Assembly: GCA_030141605.1 (NCBI GenBank)
Contig: JAQGDQ010000254.1
Span: 1 to 64,000 of the forward strand
Direction of reading: 5' to 3'
From: Tubiluchus corallicola
Taxonomy: Eukaryota > Animalia > Priapulida
DNA: 64,000 bases
Positions 57,651 to 64,000 of the stretch are shown here, in pieces. A model generated the notes under the pieces. It saw nothing but the letters and a program-made list of their open reading frames with translations, searched no databases and was not told the origin of the DNA. The translations under genes and the position numbers were made by a program. How positions within the stretch are numbered: the stretch's first letter is position 1; every line of letters begins with the position of its first letter.

Positions 57651-60600
57651 TTCAAATTTCAACAACTCTATTCGAACGACTAAAGGAAAATTTGAATACA
57701 TTCAACCTGTAATAATTTTTATATAATTTATAGCCGTGAACCTTAAGGCCTACCGGCGGTAAATACTCAAAAAATCATCAAAATTTAAATCAACAAGGTT
57801 ATTACATAGTTTATACACATTTTTCAAGCAACATTGATAACAGCATTAAAGTTTTTTCTGAGAACTTCATATAGGGAAGTTATACTCAAGCAATGGTCGC
57901 TTCTACGACACATGCCGTGATCAAAGCTACGGTATTTTTAGTTTTAAAACATCGAAAAAACACGTTTATGACTTTATAGGCTTTCGCAGCCTGTTACCTA
58001 CAGTATTTACCAAATTTCAAATTACAGCAAGTAGTATCACTAATCAGCTTTAACACGTTTACTTCAAAGACGTAAAATGAAAAATGTACGAAATGGAAAT
58101 TACGTCATCTTTAAATTTATGCGACGTAGGTCTTGTAACAAAAAATGGGAGTTGGCTTACATGTGTGGCAGCTATAGTTATCAAAAAAATAATTAAAACA
58201 TACGCATTGACATAATAATTATAACACTAATACACGTATGACAATATCAAGCAGCGCACAATGAGAACGCTAGATTGGAGGCTTGTAGGCTTATTTGTGT
58301 CAGTCAAATTTTAACACCGTACCTATTTTTAACTCCTCAACGTTATTATTAGCTTTATAGTAAGTTTTCTAATCAAGTTTTATTCGATTATAAATTTTAA
58401 TGTATATTACTAACACAGCTAGCTTGTCTTAAAGAACAATGCAAAGAGGAGCTGAACATGAAACAAGTTCAGTTGAATAGCTGCCTTGACAAAGAATAAT
58501 TATACAAACTGTTAAAACAATGTGATACTGGCAGCCACGTAGAGGTGCTCAGAGATACTGGGAGAATGTTCTTCGTCAACGTTATGGCCTCAGGCAGAGA
58601 CAGGTCTTGGAAGTGCTCGTTTTTTTCAAAATTCTTACTCACTAATCTAACGTTTCTGAAGCCGATTGAAAATTTCTGAATTCTTAACAACAACTACAGA
58701 TGGCATTAAACTTTGTCAAGCGTATGGTTTGTCTGCTCAGTCGGCAAGTTTCATCGCATAAGGAATTTGAGAATCACAATTCAACATCATGTTTTGCAGC
58801 AGGTTAAGATCTAGATTCGCTACAACATGACTACTTGATCATTAATATTGTGTGCGTAAATAAGTGCAAGCTTTAAGGGAGGAGGAGACGCAAATGGGCT
58901 ATACTAGGACTACGAGCCTATTTCTACATGTGCTAGATTGTATAATAACTAACACCCTTGCTCTCTGAGTTCATCAAGAGCCCTTTCAATGGGTGCTAAG
59001 TACTGAAGTCTCTCAAGAAATACTCAGCTTCGATTCTTTTTATTGTGTAGCAAACATCAAAATAATTAACTTGTGTAGACCTAATGTCTTCGCAGATTTT
59101 AATAATCAAACGTCTGTAATATAGCAAGACAGGGTGGTTTAATTACAAATTAGTATAATATCTCAACTGAATGATCAAGAATACGCTTTCTACAGGGGCT
59201 GAATTTACGATAGAGACAAATGACATTCTGCTACGATAGGATCTGGATAACTAATTATGAAAGTGAGAAGCTGCTAAAGGCAGAGCGGTCAAGCTATTCA
59301 CTGAGGTAGATTAACCCTGTTAAGGCTGCATGAGCAACAAACAAAAAGTTCTGTACTAGAGCCATGATCCAGTAAAATGAAAATTGAAGCATCACCACCC
59401 AAAGGTGAGGTCCAGGTGTATTCAATGATAGAGATGAGGAATTTGCATAAAGCTTTGTAGAAGACTAGTAGCAGTACAGAACAAGTACTTTAACACGATC
59501 TTTAATAACAAAATCAATGAAAAAACCAATTTTTAAGTTTAGTATGATCTTGTAACCACTAATAGCAGCTAAACAAAATCGTGGTAAATTTTGAATGGTG
59601 TAGAATCACAAACTGACGGTAACACTGCTGCGCCACTTCAAACGAAATTACATTGAATGTTGTGAACGTTTTTTAATTAACTCTAATTGTTGCAAAATGA
59701 ATTTGTCACTTCAGTCTCTACTCATAAAGGATCTCAAGTTTAACAAGAGAGGACCTTCTAATGACTTTGCAGAGTTCCACAAAACACACGTTGGTTAAAG
59801 TAAAGGACAAGTCACGTTGCATGTTGGGTTTATTTTATTGTTTCCACTACAAAGAAATTTGCGAAAAACTTCTATAAAGCACAGTTAATTTATACTACCA
59901 TTGTATAGAAATTTCCAGGCGCGGTCGTAGTCGCAATTTACCTGAAAATTATGACGTAACTAGTGGACTCTAGTAACTAGTGTGACTTTTTATTAACGCG
60001 CACTGTTTAACTAATTCAAACTTCTACAGATTACCCAACTTCATGCAAAAATATCACAAAATTAGCTGTGCAATTTATTGCAAGAATTTATTATACTTTT
60101 GACGGAAACTGACAGTGTGCTGCGTATCTTCAAACGATGAACGACGTCATTGGTGGAAGAATGAGTGCTCAAAATGGGAGCGCACAAGCGCAAAATGATA
60201 GCGACTACACGAAAGTAAATTACTGCTAGCTTTTAATCACAAATTTCCTTAAAAATCTGATACAAGAACAGCAAGGCAGTAAAAAAAGGGCGATTTGTTG
60301 GATAATTTTTGACAGTTAAAACAAAAATAGCTTTTGTTCTGCCTCCTGTATAACAACTAAATTTATAAAACTGTCAGTGCTAATTTCGTAATCAGGAATC
60401 GCTAAGCGAGACCAAAAACTATACTCAGACTCGGTGTAAGAGATAACAATATTGTAGTTCATGATTCACGATAATTTGATTTTATTTTGATCACATTTTT
60501 TATGCTTATGTTGTCGTAATTGCGAATCCGAAAACTAAAATTCAAATTTTGAGCGAGCTACTCTCATAACCTGCAGACCAGGAATGCTTCTACTTCATGG

Positions 60601-60652
60601 TTACAACAGCATCACAAAGACTGGAATTTCTCTAAAAATGTATTTGGTATTA

Positions 60653-61422
60653 CCGGAAGTCAGGCGTCAGAAGTACACCCCACTCAAGGCTTATGTCAAG
60701 CCAAAAGCTGTCTAGAGTCGCCAAGCCGTTTTAATTTATCAATAGTTCACTCATTCAACGGTGTGACAAAGGGATTTGATACTTAATGACAGGAATACCG
60801 GAATTCAGTGTAAGGCAAAAAAGCAAAAATACCGAACAACAATCCATAATAAAATTGTATTAGATTCCACATGCGATTAAACCATTCTAGCGATTCCACA
60901 GCAAACGCACAGAGCTGCGTGTGTTTCATTGTCTAAATTAATCAAAAATTACGTTTTCACGAAAACGTTTCCAGTAAATGCAGTATGTTAGTACAAATGT
61001 AGGCCTACATGTACGTCAGTACAGTTTGTCATGTCATGTATAGTAAAAGTTTTAGTGTAGAAGAAAGATATTAAACAAATAAGTTAATAAGAAACTGTTA
61101 GAAAAATATGCTGTATTTACTGGAATCACTTAAATGAAAATAACTGCAGTCACATATCAGCAGCCATATTATCATTACGAATGTGACAACTTTAAAAATC
61201 CACAAACTGAGTACGAGTCCTCAGTCTTGCATGAATAACTTCGTCAAAATTTGATAGACACAAATGTTTGCTGTAAAAATAATAAAAAGGTAGCTTTTTG
61301 TGAAATATTAAGTCATTTGTCACACCATTGGAATGACTAAACTAATGAATTAAAACCACTCGACGACTCTGGACAGCTTTGGCTAATGTCGAATGGCGTG
61401 TACTTCTGGGACCCAATTTCCG
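60653..61422. repeat. Degenerate inverted repeat pair (about 60653-60785 and 61305-61422), probably old transposon TIRs
   Basis: TTTGTCACACC, CGACTCT(A/G)GACAGCTTT and GTGTACTTCTG occur in the same order in the reverse complement of the left copy and in the right copy. Confidence 0.7.
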
Positions 61423-64000
61423 ATGACATCGATTTAGATGTCAGTCCTAGTACTACTTTGCAACTGGTGCAAGCCTAATACAGTCTGACGGAGCTAGTTC
61501 CCTTAAAATAGGAATTTGCTTTGGATTCTATTCGCGGATAAGATAGCATAGGGTCGTGAATGTCAAGAATACAAATATTTAAGATAAAGATCTATTTTTG
61601 CTTACTAAATTCTATGCGTTTAAAAAAGTCCCTTTCCGAGCTAAGAAAGCTGCCTTTTGCTCTTGCTGCTGCATTTGAGAGGAACATACTTAACTGGCAA
61701 GTAGGAATCTAACACTAGAACGTCGATCTATTTCGTGTTCCGTATCATTGAGCTGTTACCGGTGTTAGCCAAGCGATTACTAGAGTGCTCTTGTATTTCT
61801 CAATATTTTTGCTGGCTAGTCATGAATTACTATGTTACAGTGAATTACATGTCCAGTGCTGATTTCCGATTTCCAAATTACCATTGGTTAAATATGTTTG
61901 TAGAAACAACACAGAAATTATTACTAAATATATTATGTCAGCCAAAAATGCCCCAAATTTCTTTTCTCATTGTCCCGTTCAAATGATTTAAAGACCATCA
62001 AGTCCTTCTCATACCATTTAATAAATGTACTAATGCAAAATTAAAACCGTGTTTTTACATACTGTTCGTTGATATCAGATGCGTTTATACTAGGACGAAT
62101 AATTGTGGGTCTGTATCTTAGATTAGTAAAAATCTACCGTTAGCTGAAATGTAGCTGGATGGTTCAGTGGCTCGCTTTAGAGGGATGTCTTTTTTAATGA
62201 CCCAGGCTCTGATCAAACAAAAAATCTCATTGAGTAAGCCCTGCCTTTGGACCTCCAATTTCGCCACATCCAATTCTAACTAAATTTCTAAGCATTTTAT
62301 CTACTAGGATGCATGTTTATTTGATCACATCTAGATTTATTGCTCTGTATTACACGAATCCCATCAGAATTTAGCAGGATCAGTCAAGGTATTCAAAGCT
62401 AGAAGAAATGCGGTTTGAGTAACGAAAAAGTTACAGATTTCGCTTAAAACGAACATTCGTGTTAATTCGTTGTGGAACAGATCAACTCTAAATAAGCAAA
62501 GTTGTTTAGATTCTGTAACAAAAAAATTGTAAGGATTTTGCTTCTCTCAAGTTTTTGTCTAAATATTTACTTTTCAATAAATGTTTGATACGTAGCTTAC
62601 CAATGCACTTACGCTTTGCTTTACCAAACAGTACACTAGATGGTGCGTGCATGATCATGTCGGTCATCAATCTTACTGGGCAACAATGGTCCCCAATGGT
62701 CCCAAATGCTCTAATATTTTCGCTTATCATTTCATACTGGTAGTTAAAAAGGGTTACTGCCAAAGACTGTAGTGACAAATTCAATCCTGGTGCAATTTTG
62801 TTCGTCAATTTTCAACATAATCAGCGGACAGAACAAATTTTTATTCTCAATTTGATTGAAAGAAACTCGAAAATTAAAAACTAAACACAAAGTTACAGTT
62901 CAAAGAACATGAAACTAAAAATGCTATCAGTTTGCGAAAAAAGTTTAGCAGCAAGAGCGGTCCTGTACTATACGAAACTGTATAATGCTGCGCCATGACT
63001 TTAGGGATTATATATGAAATAGAAAAGATAAATTACGAACCATGCATTGCCAGCCACTAGCACGCCATTTTAAATACAAATCTCACAAAGCTACTATCGC
63101 TGCCTATTTGCCCAAATACAGGTTTCGAATACTAGGAAAATTCAAAATATGCACGAAAAGCTCTTGAGATACCTATCGTCTACATGAAAACCAGAGTGCG
63201 CAATAGACCTAAAAATGAAACAGGTAATTAAATTATAAGAAACTGTTTGCTATAGAGTAAACTGAGAGCTAAAGCCATCGAAGTAGTTGATTGATGTAGA
63301 CAATGAATCGTATCGTACCAATATAAAAACAGTACTTAACATCAGTTGCAAGTTTGTTGTGATAAGCGCTACATTCTGGCTTGTTGTGTGCCGAACTGCA
63401 TAAAAAAGTGAAGATTACGAACTAATCCCGAATAAAAAACATCTGGTTACTATTTTTTTCTACCCGACTGCGATTGTGACGTCACGTCATTTGCAACATT
63501 AAAAACTATTAAAAACTTATGACAGGAAGAACAACGAGAACGAAAACAACATCACAGCAAAACAGACCTTCTTATATTTTTGCTTATCAACCATGGCTTT
63601 AGCTATTCGCTAATACAGTTACCCTAAATGCAAAACAGTTTTTGCTTACTTAGTTCTCAGTTTACCCATGGCAGCGCACTTGTTCTTTACAGTCGTTCGT
63701 CTTAATAATTATGGTGCTTTCTTTCAGTGAACGTTCTTGCGTTTTGTACTCTCAGGGTTACTAAAACAGCGAGCACCGTACCTGAAACAACTACATGCAG
63801 TACAGTCTCTACAAAAAATATTAAAATTGAACTCAAAATTTGGGCCCCATTCATAAAACATAATACCGTATCACTGTTATTTCAGCATTTCTAACAAAGA
63901 GGCGCTTCATTAATGGTCTTGCATTTGCGATGAATTAGTTTTGCATTTTTGGGTTACTTGCTTGCAATGCAACTCTATAAACAGATCTTTTCGTCATGAA

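Noticed and set aside
57000-64000. Short ORFs at 58469, 61735 and 62555
   Set aside because: Non-ATG starts or AT-rich composition with no recognisable domain or consistent exon chain.

Overview
AT-rich, intron-containing animal (probably invertebrate) genomic DNA; no prokaryotic features or CRISPR. In order: (1) the 3' part of a giant uninterrupted ORF (>11 kb, open from the window edge) made of about 41 acidic 66/67/71-aa tandem repeats plus a charged tail; (2) a two-exon mGluR-like class C GPCR (+); (3) an 11-exon RtcB ligase (-); (4) a decayed LINE 3' fragment; (5) a 15-exon XPC/Rad4 gene (+) whose BHD3 beta-hairpin exon occurs as two intact tandem copies that look mutually exclusive; (6) a tight minus-strand cluster UQCC5/SMIM4 -> UQCC6/BRAWNIN -> intronless RBM28, with splice signals suggesting one bi- or tricistronic mRNA; (7) about 7.5 kb without a recognisable gene. 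Several MITE-like elements, foldbacks and microsatellites lie in introns and intergenic DNA. Exon boundaries were read by hand from GT/AG signals and frame continuity. Gene identities rest on remembered family motifs, not database searches.
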